Of a DNA stretch of 58,349 bases, positions 1 through 12,585 are shown piece by piece. Position numbers and translations under genes: made by a program. Origin of the DNA: Octopus bimaculoides (taxonomy: Eukaryota); assembly GCF_001194135.2 (NCBI RefSeq), contig NC_068985.1, positions 52,258,583 to 52,316,931 of the forward strand. The letters are read 5' to 3'. The notes beneath the pieces were generated by a model. That model worked only from the letters and a program-made list of their open reading frames with translations, had not been told where the DNA came from and searched no databases. Numbering within the stretch: the stretch's first letter is position 1; each line of letters starts with the position of its first letter.

Positions 1-810
1 ATATATATATATATATTTGTCACTAAATGTGATTATAGTGTTATCTGCGTAGTGGCAAAATTCAAAAATTACTATCAGGATGCAGGTCAACAAATTGGAT
101 TTCAAAGTCCCAAAGCGCTTCAAGAATCTCCCAAAACGCCTGAGACGTACATTCAGTGGACACACGTGTCTTCAAAACAAAACTTGTCCTTATCGTGTTA
201 GGAATTCCGGATGAAGCTACCGTGTGCCATGAAATGCAGATGAGGGTAACAAGATCAAACTCCCTTATTCACCTGATGCAACATATCAGACGGGTTTTCA
301 AGTAGCGAAAGTATAACAAAGTTATCGGTGGTGCCTCAGCATGGTGCAGGTCTCGAGCTGACACAAGTAAAGAAAGAAAAAATAGGATATTTGATATACT
401 GAATTTCCACTGGCTACTCTGAGGTATATCTCTTTGCTCATTTTCGATTAAATTATATAAATTACTAAAGCCATAACGCCTCTAAATCGTTTGCCCACTG
501 AAAATAAAGCTCGACAATTGAGTTACTGATGATAGGTACTGAGCTAGAAAGACTCGTCATCATCTCCTTGTAAGAAGTCTGTCCTTTTCCTTAATAACAT
601 TTTAGTTTTGGATATCTTCTCTTCTCATGCGAAGCTGGTCTTAATTACCACTTGGTAATTATGATACATCTAAAGATTATTTCAATAAATCAAGAATTTG
701 TTGCATGTTATTTGATATACTAGTATTTGTCTCTGTTACTCAACTACATACCACTGGCCATTCTGAGTCAACAGAATATGCCAAAACGTACATAAATGCA
801 AATATATATA

Positions 811-1170
811 TATAATCATAAATATACAGGGATTAGCTTGAGTTGCTTCTCCAACATACTGAAAATTTAGAAATAGCAGTCAAAGAACTACTGATTCTAA
901 ACTACAAATTTTTTCTCTAACGGATGGGAGGCTGAAGATCGGAATAGGGTAACTTCATACCCTTAACCGTGAAACGTCGTACCCAATTAACTAAAGGCAG
1001 GTTTGTTTTTGCTTTTCTCTTCTGACTTTTGTTCTGTGTGTGCCATAAATATGGCCATCCGTTAGAGAAAAAATTTGTAGTTTGGAATCAGTAGCTCTTT
1101 GACTGCTATTTCTAAATTTCAGTATGTTGGAGAAGCAACTCAAGCTAATCCCTGTATATTTATGATTATA
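811..1170. repeat. Inverted repeat: ~116-bp arms (811-927 and 1055-1170) around a ~127-bp spacer
   Basis: Left arm TATAATCATAAATATACAGGGATTAGC...CTCTAACGGATGG is the reverse complement of the right arm with only ~3 differences (read by eye). Confidence 0.92.
925..985 (+). ncRNA. Hammerhead-ribozyme-like motif (imperfect) in the spacer of the inverted repeat
   Basis: CTGAAGA 932-938; hairpin CGG-aat-AGGGTA/TACCCT-taa-CCG; GAAA 971-974; CGTC. T.T mismatch at the base of stem II; stem I only partial (TGGG/CCCA). Confidence 0.45.
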
Positions 1171-1746
1171 AATGGTTTTACCGATAAAGGTTTTNNNNNN
1201 NNNNNNNNNNNNNNNNNNNNNNNNNNNNNNNNNNNNNNNNNNNNNNNNNNNNNNNNNNNNNNNNNNNNNNNNNNNNNNNNNNNNNNNNNNNNNNNNNNNN
1301 NNNNNNNNNNNNNNNNNNNNNNNNNNNNNNNNNNNNNNNNNNNNNNNNNNNNNNNNNNNNNNNNNNNNNNNNNNNNNNNNNNNNNNNNNNNNNNNNNNNN
1401 NNNNNNNNNNNNNNNNNNNNNNNNNNNNNNNNNNNNNNNNNNNNNNNNNNNNNNNNNNNNNNNNNNNNNNNNNNNNNNNNNNNNNNNNNNNNNNNNNNNN
1501 NNNNNNNNNNNNNNNNNNNNNNNNNNNNNNNNNNNNNNNNNNNNNNNNNNNNNNNNNNNNNNNNNNNNNNNNNNNNNNNNNNNNNNNNNNNNNNNNNNNN
1601 NNNNNNNNNNNNNNNNNNNNNNNNNNNNNNNNNNNNNNNNNNNNNNNNNNNNNNNNNNNNNNNNNNNNNNNNNNNNNNNNNNNNNNNNNNNNNNNNNNNN
1701 NNNNNNNNNNNNNNNNNNNNNNNNNNNNNNNNNNNNNNNNNNNNNN

Positions 1747-1785
<39 letters not shown>

Positions 1786-2109
1786 ATATATATATATATG
1801 TGTGTGTGTGTGTGTATACACAAAGATAAAATCAATGTAAATATAACGATCTTATCGGTGGCCAGCATGTAATAAAACCATATAGGTAAGAATTAATATA
1901 GATATATGATTATATAGATATAATTATAATTAAGGGTACTGAGAAAAAACATCTACACGCTAAAAATAGACATCAAATGACTAAAATCACATCATTTTTT
2001 GACACTCCATTAGCACTAGTTGAAAGCGAGGTAAATGTATAAAAATATTTGGCAAAATTTTTAAGGATAATTCTAGAGCGTATCGCGCTTTCAACCTGTC
2101 TGTCACAAA

Positions 2110-2190
2110 CAACTTTGCCACAGGACTTGTGACTTAGAGGGGAACTTTCTAGGCGCAGTCTCATGGTCATTCGTAATCGAGGGGAATTTT
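2110..2190 (+). mobile_element. SINE family A, 3' end fragment
   Basis: GGACTTGTG...AACTTTCTAGG.GCA.TC.CATGGTCATTCGT matches the 3' end of the copy at 6482-6805. Confidence 0.75.
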
Positions 2191-2268
2191 ACCCTTTGCA
2201 TACATACATATCTATATGTGTATATATACATTTACACACGCTCTCTCACACACACACACACGCACACG

Positions 2269-2311
<43 letters not shown>

Positions 2312-3188
2312 NNNNNNNNNNNNNNNNNNNNNNNNNNNNNNNNNNNNNNNNNNNNNNNNNNNNNNNNNNNNNNNNNNNNNNNNNNNNNNNNNNNNNNNNN
2401 NNNNNNNNNNNNNNNNNNNNNNNNNNNNNNNNNNNNNNNNNNNNNNNNNNNNNNNNNNNNNNNNNNNNNNNNNNNNNNNNNNNNNNNNNNNNNNNNNNNN
2501 NNNNNNNNNNNNNNNNNNNNNNNNNNNNNNNNNNNNNNNNNNNNNNNNNNNNNNNNNNNNNNNNNNNNNNNNNNNNNNNNNNNNNNNNNNNNNNNNNNNN
2601 NNNNNNNNNNNNNNNNNNNNNNNNNNNNNNNNNNNNNNNNNNNNNNNNNNNNNNNNNNNNNNNNNNNNNNNNNNNNNNNNNNNNNNNNNNNNNNNNNNNN
2701 NNNNNNNNNNNNNNNNNNNNNNNNNNNNNNNNNNNNNNNNNNNNNNNNNNNNNNNNNNNNNNNNNNNNNNNNNNNNNNNNNNNNNNNNNNNNNNNNNNNN
2801 NNNNNNNNNNNNNNNNNNNNNNNNNNNNNNNNNNNNNNNNNNNNNNNNNNNNNNNNNNNNNNNNNNNNNNNNNNNNNNNNNNNNNNNNNNNNNNNNNNNN
2901 NNNNNNNNNNNNNNNNNNNNNNNNNNNNNNNNNNNNNNNNNNNNNNNNNNNNNNNNNNNNNNNNNNNNNNNNNNNNNNNNNNNNNNNNNNNNNNNNNNNN
3001 NNNNNNNNNNNNNNNNNNNNNNNNNNNNNNNNNNNNNNNNNNNNNNNNNNNNNNNNNNNNNNNNNNNNNNNNNNNNNNNNNNNNNNNNNNNNNNNNNNNN
3101 NNNNNNNNNNNNNNNNNNNNNNNNNNNNNNNNNNNNNNNNNNNNNNNNNNNNNNNNNNNNNNNNNNNNNAATAATAATATGGCTATAG

Positions 3189-3390
3189 ACGCAGGAGTGG
3201 CTGCATGGTAAGTAGCTTGCTTACGAACCACATAGTTCCGGGTTCAGTCCCCCCCCCCACACACACACACACATCGCACGCATATGTTGAAGAAGTTCGC
3301 ATCGCAAATACGAGATTTCCACTACATTCGTATTGTGTAGCACTTTGCCCAAACGTCTCGGATCAATTTGGTAGGCAGGAACTGTAAGGA
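3189..3390 (+). mobile_element. SINE family C head (tRNA-like), interrupted by (C)n(CA)n
   Basis: GGAGTGGCTGCATGGTAAG...GGTTCAGTCCC A/B-box-like head shared with 21189 and other copies. Confidence 0.7.
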
Positions 3391-3675
3391 AAACTTTTTG
3401 GAAGTGTCTTCGCGTCCTTCTTGATTTGAAATATAAACTTAATCCGTTGCTTAGTTTAACACCATCACCTGTGCTATGGAGTACATTGCGCTGGCAGGTA
3501 TAAGTGGGTTGGGTTAAAGGTGGGGGTGAGGTGCTAGGTATCCGGTCAGTGAATGTTTTCCTACTTATAATTTTTTTCCATGTATTTCGGGGATTTGAAA
3601 AGGGTCTTATGCGCTATCCTTCGGTGAGGCCTACATACATACATACATAATATAATATATATTATATACATGTAC

Positions 3676-3710
<35 letters not shown>

Positions 3711-5570
3711 TGTATGTATGTATGTATGTATATATATATATATATATATATNNNNNNNNNNNNNNNNNNNNNNNNNNNNNNNNNNNNNNNNNNNNNNNNN
3801 NNNNNNNNNNNNNNNNNNNNNNNNNNNNNNNNNNNNNNNNNNNNNNNNNNNNNNNNNNNNNNNNNNNNNNNNNNNNNNNNNNNNNNNNNNNNNNNNNNNN
3901 NNNNNNNNNNNNNNNNNNNNNNNNNNNNNNNNNNNNNNNNNNNNNNNNNNNNNNNNNNNNNNNNNNNNNNNNNNNNNNNNNNNNNNNNNNNNNNNNNNNN
4001 NNNNNNNNNNNNNNNNNNNNNNNNNNNNNNNNNNNNNNNNNNNNNNNNNNNNNNNNNNNNNNNNNNNNNNNNNNNNNNNNNNNNNNNNNNNNNNNNNNNN
4101 NNNNNNNNNNNNNNNNNNNNNNNNNNNNNNNNNNNNNNNNNNNNNNNNNNNNNNNNNNNNNNNNNNNNNNNNNNNNNNNNNNNNNNNNNNNNNNNNNNNN
4201 NNNNNNNNNNNNNNNNNNNNNNNNNNNNNNNNNNNNNNNNNNNNNNNNNNNNNNNNNNNNNNNNNNNNNNNNNNNNNNNNNNNNNNNNNNNNNNNNNNNN
4301 NNNNNNNNNNNNNNNNNNNNNNNNNNNNNNNNNNNNNNNNNNNNNNNNNNNNNNNNNNNNNNNNNNNNNNNNNNNNNNNNNNNNNNNNNNNNNNNNNNNN
4401 NNNNNNNNNNNNNNNNNNNNNNNNNNNNNNNNNNNNNNNNNNNNNNNNNNNNNNNNNNNNNNNNNNNNNNNNNNNNNNNNNNNNNNNNNNNNNNNNNNNN
4501 NNNNNNNNNNNNNNNNNNNNNNNNNNNNNNNNNNNNNNNNNNNNNNNNNNNNNNNNNNNNNNNNNNNNNNNNNNNNNNNNNNNNNNNNNNNNNNNNNNNN
4601 NNNNNNNNNNNNNNNNNNNNNNNNNNNNNNNNNNNNNNNNNNNNNNNNNNNNNNNNNNNGTGTGTATACGTGCGTGTGTTTGTACGAATGTTTGTGTGTG
4701 CGCGCGCGTGCGTGCGTGTGTGAGTATATGTGTGTGTGTATGCATGTGTGCGTGCGTGTGTTCGTGTGCCTATTTCGGAAAAAGAGAAAAGGAGTGCGGA
4801 GCTAACAAAAAATAAAAAAAATAAAAAGTAAATAAAATAAAAAAATAAATGAAGTAGCTTAAGGGAAGGGGGGGTAGAGGAGGAGGACGAGAGCCAGTTT
4901 GTGACTTATCTCTGTGCTTTTCTATTTGAAGAAAGCATCCTTTAAAACTACAGATTACCATGAATCCACGTATATAGTTAATTACATACACACTGAATAA
5001 CTCGAACAGACACAAACATACATAGTCACACATTCGCACACTGAAACACGTTCTTATATACCTTTCGCGTCCTCATACAAACACACAAAAACACGGACGC
5101 ATTTACACACATACGCTCCAACCCCACTTCCAACGAACAAATATATATGTATATATATGTGTGTGTGTATGTATATATGTGTGTATGTATGTATGTATGT
5201 ATGTGTGCATGTACACATCGTCACCTTACTATATGCTCGAATGTATATCAACAAAGAAAACGACAAAAAGTTTGACAATGGTCGCCGCCCGCCACTTAAT
5301 CACGAACTTCTCACTTCGCATACCATCAAACATTCCCCAGATTTGCCAATATGTGGCATGTTAGCCTTACTACAGAAGACATCTGGTCATAGATTAGACT
5401 ACTGGCTTGTGGGGAGAAAATTGGAGGTTAGCCAGTTCAATATGTAAGCTAATGTTTCTTAACGGCTGTTCTTTTTGTCTCCCGCTCCACTTCGATTTCC
5501 CCACCTCACGTCAAAAACCAACCAACAAAACAATAATGTCCTGTACCTCAAAATGAACGGGTACAGACTT

Positions 5571-5572
5571 AG

Positions 5573-5643
<71 letters not shown>

Positions 5644-5660
5644 GTATTTGTCTATCTATC
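5571..5660. repeat. (TATC)n microsatellite
   Basis: Directly visible; similar tracts at 49738-49790 and 57502-57545. Confidence 0.95.
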
Positions 5661-5788
5661 TGTCTATCCGTCCGTCTCATTTTCTGTCCATTTAGCTATC
5701 TGTCAAACTATATCTGTACACTCACATACGCATGCACATACATAGATACACACACGCAACACACACACAGACACAGACAGACAGACAG

Positions 5789-5821
<33 letters not shown>

Positions 5822-6373
5822 CACACACATTTATCCATAAAGAGAAATGATATCTAAACATAAATATATACACGTTTATTAAAAGCTCTCTACTCTGGGT
5901 GGAGACGGTGGACGGATAGATAGACAATTGGTCAGAGACACCACTTTCGGTCTTGGGCATTGACATGATTGGAAAATGGTTGAGCAACGCAACCAATCCT
6001 TCTTAGTAAGAAGGGTGGTTTTCGTTGGATACCCTGCAAGACATGAAACAAAACATGTCAAAGAACGGAGCAACTCAGTTGCATTAATGAACATCCAAGA
6101 ACTGGGACTGAGAGGCCACTAATCTTAGTGTAGATATCTCTGCAGAAGGAAATTCCGAAATAACACCAGCCCCACTGCAGAGCCGAAGATCTTACTCTTC
6201 TTTGTTTCTTGACTACATCTTGGATTTGTAGGTGAAAGTCTCTTAGCAGTGCTGTATAAGTTGTTATAGACTTTAAACTTCAGTATGAACATGGGTCACA
6301 GTAATTGTCTTTAGCATCTAGGTTAAAATGATTTATCAGTGATGGTCATACTCGTCTAAAAGTTGACAACCAC

Positions 6374-6480
6374 TATGTATGTATGTATGTATGTATGTAT
6401 GTATGTATGTATGTATGTATGTATGTATGTATGCATGTATGTATGTATGTATATTTGTATGTATGTATGTATGTATGTAT
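6374..6480. repeat. (TATG)n microsatellite immediately upstream of a SINE
   Basis: Directly visible. Confidence 0.95.
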
Positions 6481-6481
6481 A

Positions 6482-6805
6482 GTGAAGGCGTATGGCTCAG
6501 TGGTTAGAGCGTCGAACTTACGACCGTGAAGTTGGGAGTTCGAATCCCGGACCGGGCTGCGTGTTGTGTTCTTGAGCAAGACACGTTATTTGACGATACT
6601 CCAGTTAACTCAGCTGTAGAAATGAGTTGCGACATCACTGGTGCCAAGCTGTATCGGCTTTTGCCTTACCCTTGGATAACATCAGTGGCATGGTGAGGGT
6701 AGGCTGGTATGCATGGGCAACTGCTGGTCATCCATAAAAAACATTGCCCGGACTTGTGCCTCGGAGGGTAACTTTCTAGGTGCAATCCCATGGTCATTCG
6801 TGACC
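6482..6805 (+). mobile_element. tRNA-derived SINE family A, near full length
   Basis: A box TGGCTCAGTGG 6493-6503; B box GTTCGAATCC 6538-6547; CORE-like TTGAGCAAGACAC; no tRNA 3' acceptor stem; runs into a gap. Confidence 0.85.
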
Positions 6806-7144
6806 NNNNNNNNNNNNNNNNNNNNNNNNNNNNNNNNNNNNNNNNNNNNNNNNNNNNNNNNNNNNNNNNNNNNNNNNNNNNNNNNNNNNNNNNNNNNNNN
6901 NNNNNNNNNNNNNNNNNNNNNNNNNNNNNNNNNNNNNNNNNNNNNNNNNNNNNNNNNNNNNNNNNNNNNNNNNNNNNNNNNNNNNNNNNNNNNNNNNNNN
7001 NNNNNNNNNNNNNNNNNNNNNNNNNNNNNNNNNNNNNNNNNNNNNNNNNNNNNNNNNNNNNNNNNNNNNNNNNNNNNNNNNNNNNNNNNNNNNNNNNNNN
7101 NNNNNNNNNNNNNNNNNNNNNTCCGATCTTATATAATATATATA

Positions 7145-7639
7145 TGTTAGGTCTGATCAATAAGTATTCGAACTATTGCCATAGTAACGAGGCTAAAATA
7201 CGCGGAGTGATGCCGCTTGGCACAAATTGACCTTGAACTCCGCTGTGCATGTGCACTAAGGTTTAGCGTTCTAGCTCACTTCCACTGTTTACAGCAGTGC
7301 TTGGAAGGAAGGGATAAAGCGTGTGATCGTCGAATTGATCATGACAGAAAAAGATGTCATGGCGACACCTGCTCAGAGGCCTACGCAATGTTGCAGAAAG
7401 TGCATGGTGAGGAATGTATGATCCGCACACAAGTGTGTGAGTGGTTCAGAGGTTTCCAAAATGGCCGAAAAATATCGATATCGACAACTGTTCTGGGAGA
7501 CCAGCAGAACTGAGAAATCATCGCAGATGTGCGCGCAGCTGTGAGGAGAAATCTCCAATCACCATCTCTGAATTATCAGATGTGCAGATTAGTTACGGTT
7601 CTGTTCAGTCCATTATTACTGAAGATTTGGGTGTGAGAC
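7145..7639 (+). mobile_element. Mariner transposon 5' fragment (TIR plus N-terminal HTH, frameshifted)
   Basis: TIR-like AGGTCTGATCAATAAGTAT; peptides SEAYAMLQKVHGEECMIRTQVCEWFRGFQNG, SGRP and VQISYGSVQSIITEDLG. Confidence 0.85.
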
Positions 7640-8229
7640 NNNNNNNNNNNNNNNNNNNNNNNNNNNNNNNNNNNNNNNNNNNNNNNNNNNNNNNNNNNNN
7701 NNNNNNNNNNNNNNNNNNNNNNNNNNNNNNNNNNNNNNNNNNNNNNNNNNNNNNNNNNNNNNNNNNNNNNNNNNNNNNNNNNNNNNNNNNNNNNNNNNNN
7801 NNNNNNNNNNNNNNNNNNNNNNNNNNNNNNNNNNNNNNNNNNNNNNNNNNNNNNNNNNNNNNNNNNNNNNNNNNNNNNNNNNNNNNNNNNNNNNNNNNNN
7901 NNNNNNNNNNNNNNNNNNNNNNNNNNNNNNNNNNNNNNNNNNNNNNNNNNNNNNNNNNNNNNNNNNNNNNNNNNNNNNNNNNNNNNNNNNNNNNNNNNNN
8001 NNNNNNNNNNNNNNNNNNNNNNNNNNNNNNNNNNNNNNNNNNNNNNNNNNNNNNNNNNNNNNNNNNNNNNNNNNNNNNNNNNNNNNNNNNNNNNNNNNNN
8101 NNNNNNNNNNNNNNNNNNNNNNNNNNNNNNNNNNNNNNNNNNNNNNNNNNNNNNNNNNNNNNNNNNNNNNNNNNNNNNNNNNNNNNNNNNNNNNNNNNNN
8201 NNNNNNNNNNNNNNNATATATATATATAT

Positions 8230-9030
8230 ATATATATACATACATATATAGGATGCTCAGGCTAAATCTGACAGTTTGCGTAATAGGAAAACATAATATT
8301 CCATCCGAACACAAAAATATCTTAAGAAATTAAAAAAATATGAACTAGAGTACGGAGGGGAAAAAACAGTTTACGCAAAGTAACCGTCCTCAGCTTCCAC
8401 CACAGACTCAACCCACTTATGTTCCTCACTGTGTCCTTGCAGTATTTTTGAAGACCTTCTTGAACCTGGTCACCAGCTTGGAGTTGGCGTTGAGGCAGAG
8501 CAATTGATGTGTTTTTCAACCGTACTTCGCATAAAGTAATGCATGGGATTACAATAAGGGAATTAGGAGGCCAGAAATTAGGGCTGGTGAAATCTTGGAA
8601 ATTCTCTGTCGACCACTTCTCACTCTTTCGGGAGGTACAGGAAGGAGCCGAATCTTACTGCCATATAGATGACCTTACAGCACAACTCTCCCCGTCCAGG
8701 GATTGTCCACGGTCTCCAGCAGTATTACATAGCCGTCTGAATTGAGCCTATGGCCTTATTCAAATATGTGGGAATGAATTTCGGCGTGCAGATGCAGTCA
8801 AAACGCCTGCTGTGTCCCTTCATGTTGACCACGACTTCCTAGTCTCCGTTGCAGCAGTCCGTGTTACATCTTACAGTGTTTACAGAACATTGAGCAACAA
8901 TCTTGTTCTTAGCATTTGATATCCGGCGCAGAGCATCGTTATTCAGGAAACTCTTTTCCAACATTAAAATGTCTTCTAGTCTTTCGCGTTAGCTACCCTT
9001 TTGTCAACAATAACTTTTATCTTTATGCTC
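8230..9030 (-). mobile_element. Degenerate Tc1/mariner-superfamily transposase (DD37D/maT-like C-terminal half)
   Basis: Minus-strand peptides WQ*DSAPS, ENFQDFTSPNFWPPNS and AGVLT; stops and frameshifts. Confidence 0.75.
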
Positions 9031-9105
9031 TCCAATGCCGTTGACTGTTCACCAATACATCAAGCTGTTTCTGAAAAACATCGCCATATTTAGCCCCAAC
9101 ATACT

Positions 9106-9170
<65 letters not shown>

Positions 9171-9410
9171 NNNNNNNNNNNNNNNNNNNNNNNNNNNNNN
9201 NNNNNNNNNNNNNNNNNNNNNNNNNNNNNNNNNNNNNNNNNNNNNNNNNNNNNNNNNNNNNNNNNNNNNNNNNNNNNNNNNNNNNNNNNNNNNNNNNNNN
9301 NNNNNNNNNNNNNNNNNNNNNNNNNNNNNNNNNACACAAACACATGTAGTTGCCGATCTTCCCACTTTGAAGGTGCAGGTCGGTCTTAAGGCAATATTTA
9401 TATGCATGAG

Positions 9411-9640
9411 GGCAGCGAGCTGGCAGAATCATTAGCACGCCGGGCGAAATGCTTAGCAGTATTTCGTCTGCCGTTACGTCATGAGTTCAAATTCCACCGA
9501 GGTCGACTTTGCCTTCCATCCTTTCGGGGTCGATTAAATAAGTACCAGTTACGCACTGGGGTCGATGTGATCAACTTAATCCTTTTGTCTGTCCTTGTTT
9601 GTCCCCTCTATGTTTAGCCCCCTGTGGACAATAAAGAAAT
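9411..9640 (+). mobile_element. SINE family B, tail variant 1
   Basis: GCGAGCTGGCAGAATC head; GAGTTCAAATTCC B box; GGTCGACTTTGCCTTCCATCCTTTCGGGGTCGAT core. Confidence 0.85.
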
Positions 9641-9925
9641 ATTTATATGCATCCTCTGTTGGTTGCATATCTTTGACAGTTTGCTAACTCCATCTGCCAA
9701 TTACGAGTATTATAACTATTATGTAATTCCGAGGCCCCAGAAACAGCTGTCAGAGTTGAAGTACTATGCCGCTCCCCTTGGTTTTCTGTATTTTTTGTAC
9801 TTCATTTAGCTTTGTTCAGTAAATGTGTAAACATTCATCTGAACGTTTTCAGTTTTTGCTTCTCTCCCTATATTTCCTTATATATTTACATGTATGCATG
9901 TATGTATGTATATATTTATACATAC

Positions 9926-9958
<33 letters not shown>

Positions 9959-9974
9959 TGCATGTATGTATGTA

Positions 9975-10444
9975 TTTCATCATTCAGTTTTATACCAAGA
10001 TTTCTTGCCAATAGAGAAAGGGCCGGCTTCTAAACTACATTCAAGGTTGCTTCATTGGAAATTTAACATCAAGAGGGTGTGTATGTATGTATGTATGTAT
10101 GTATGTATACGTGCAGATTTGTATGGTTTGTTTTTATGTGCGTCTTCTCTTGCGTATATTTGCATATCTGGACGAGTCCATATGTACTTAAAGGATAAAC
10201 TTCTGGAAAGTTTTACAGATTTTTACAGTTCCAGTGATGACTTAAATCTCTAGTCTTCGAATCAGATTTCTCTTTCCTGGTTTTGAGAAGCCAAATTTCT
10301 CAAGATTGGCATTAAGGCAATGTGTTACATATCCCAACGCCCCAATTATTACTGGTATAAACCTGAAATTGTAATCTGGTTAGGGTAACTGCAGTTTCAC
10401 AATAGTTTAGCGTAGGTATTCTCTTTTTCACTGATCTTCAGCTT
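9975..10444 (-). mobile_element. 5'-truncated R4/Dong-like (REL endonuclease) non-LTR retrotransposon 3' end
   Basis: LKISEKENTYAKLL...FRFIPVIIGALGYVTHCLNANLEKFGFS...GTVKICKTFQKFIL* (stop 10188-10190); 3' UTR ends in (TACA)n; (TACA)n also at the 5' junction. Confidence 0.85.
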
Positions 10445-11149
10445 TATGTATGTATGTATGTATGTATGTATGTATGTATGTATGTATGTATGCATGTTTG
10501 TATGTATGTATGTATGCATGTATGTATGCATGTATGTATGTATGTATGCATGTATGTATGTATGTATGTATGTATGTATGTATGTATGTATGTATGTAGG
10601 TAGGTAGGTACTTTATGTATGCCTGTAAGTATGTGTGTGTTCGCGTTTGTATATGTGTATATGTGTGTATTATAATAAAACAGTATAAGAATGTTTGCAG
10701 AATTTTTGCTGTATACATGATAAACCGCTGATTAATATTTACATTAGACACTGTTTGATAAACTATTTCATTGATATTGGTTTGATGTAAGACTATATTA
10801 AAATTGGTGATTATTCAACAGGTTGTTTGGTAGACATCATGTTGAAGAGTGTGTAAAATGTTCCGAATAATCAACTGATACATAGACATTTTTGAAGATG
10901 TTTAATAAGAAGTAGGTTGTTGAATATACATAGAAAAGAAGTAAGATAGACAACTGGAAAAGAGATTAGGACAGAGAGATAGAATACACAGAAATTATTA
11001 CTGAAAGTAGTATCTAGAAAGACGGGAGACACAGGTAATAAAATAAGAGAGGACGAAGTTGCAGACACCCCTTTTCATCGGCCGTTTTTTTGCTAGTATC
11101 AACACTTTGTTTTATAATAGTGATTTCTTAACATAGTAAACGACTTTTG

Positions 11150-11460
11150 TTGTACTTCTTTCAACCATTGGACTTCGGAAATGTTGGTGCACCACCTTGA
11201 AGTGTTAAGTCGAACAAATCGACACTAGTGTTTTAAGTCTGGTATTGGTCTCTTTTCTCGAACCGTTAAGTTACAAGGACATAAGCAAATCAACACCGTT
11301 TGTCAAACTATGGTGGGTGACAACCACAAAGACATACACACACACACACTTGTGCACATATACACAGTTTACGTCTACCAAATTCACTGACAAAGCATTG
11401 ACCAGTTCCAGGCTATAGAAGTAGATACTTGCCCGTGGTGCTGCACATTGGGACTGAGGG
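11150..11460 (-). mobile_element. SINE family C, diverged
   Basis: Matches 21189-21600 in reverse; internal (CA)n. Confidence 0.75.
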
Positions 11461-11794
11461 TGCGCCTCTAACTATATATTCTGTAATATGGAACAACTCA
11501 CTATAATCATCTCTCTGTATTAAACTGGTATTTATTTTATCAATGTCGAAAGACAAAATCTAACCAAACTTAGGATAGAAAGAATATTCCTTTAAATGTA
11601 TACACCCAAATTGACTGGTACTTTATCATACAGGCAACAGGATTATGGAAATAAAAGTCAACCAGACTCGGATTCGAAAACTAGAACGATAAGTGATTTG
11701 TAACGTCACTTTCAATTTATCAATCAACATTAAATTCTTCAGATCCGAGGTATAATAATGATGCATTAACTCAATCTGTTCTTTAGAAAAAAAT

Positions 11795-11900
11795 TATTGT
11801 GACCTAGGACTCATGAGACCAGTTACCTGGTTTCCATAGCATTTAAGCGACCCAGATCACAAAATTCCCCTTGCAACGGACGCCAATCCGGTGCAGGTTT
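11795..11900 (-). mobile_element. SINE 3' fragment with a V-domain-like motif
   Basis: Minus strand CCTGCACCGGATTGGCGTCCGTTGCAAGGGG resembles the V-SINE conserved domain (from recall, not searched). Confidence 0.45.
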
Positions 11901-11934
11901 CAAGACCTGCAGTTTTTGAGGTGATTCAACAAGT

Positions 11935-12205
11935 TGATTACTATTGGTCTCTTTGCCGAACCGCTATGTTACGGGGACGTAACACACACACACACACACA
12001 CACACAAAAGAAAACACACACAAAAATACACAAACAGACACACGCATGCGATGATCTTTCAGTTTTCGTCAAACAAATCCACTGACAAGGCTTTGGTCGG
12101 CCCCAGGTTATAGTAGAAGACACTTGCCTAAGGTGTTATTCAGTGGAACTGAACCCGAAACCATGTGGTTGGGAAGGAAATTTCATACCACACAGCCACA
12201 CCTGC
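11935..12205 (-). mobile_element. SINE family C
   Basis: Head GGTGTGGCTGTGTGGTATG...GGTTCAGTTCC on the minus strand; internal (CA)n. Confidence 0.8.
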
Positions 12206-12541
12206 GTCTATATTCGCATTTTCTCAGGTGTATTTACATTGATACGTATTCATACACGTGTTTATGTATACACGTTAATAAACATATTTACATACAATCA
12301 CGGTGACACAATTGTATGATTAAGGAACTCGTGCAAGAACGTGCTTTCGGGTTGAATCTCACCTACTGCACGGCACATCGGGTCGACCAATTCTTTGTGA
12401 ATGAATTTGGTTGAAGGAAATTGTATTATATATATATATATNNNNNNNNNNNNNNNNNNNNNNNNNNNNNNNNNNNNNNNNNNNNNNNNNNNNNNNNNNN
12501 NNNNNNNNNNNNNNNNNNNNNNNNNNNNNNNNNNNNNNNNN

Positions 12542-12585
<44 letters not shown>

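Noticed and set aside
526-558. CTGATGA-TAG/CTA-GAAA hammerhead-like string
   Set aside because: No valid stem III/NUH register and no stem I; chance or too decayed
1975-2105. Possible PLE linker remnant (KNIGKIFLRII after assumed indels)
   Set aside because: Needs several assumed frameshifts; unsupported without alignment
5880-6200. Possible RTE/L2 C-terminal remnant
   Set aside because: No convincing contiguous motif in any frame
6484-6556. tRNA gene (Val-like loop CTTACGA)
   Set aside because: No proper acceptor or anticodon stems; it continues into a SINE body, so it is a SINE head
11700-11745. Minus-strand CTGAAGA...GAAA
   Set aside because: Stem II register does not fit and there is no U16.1; AT-rich chance match
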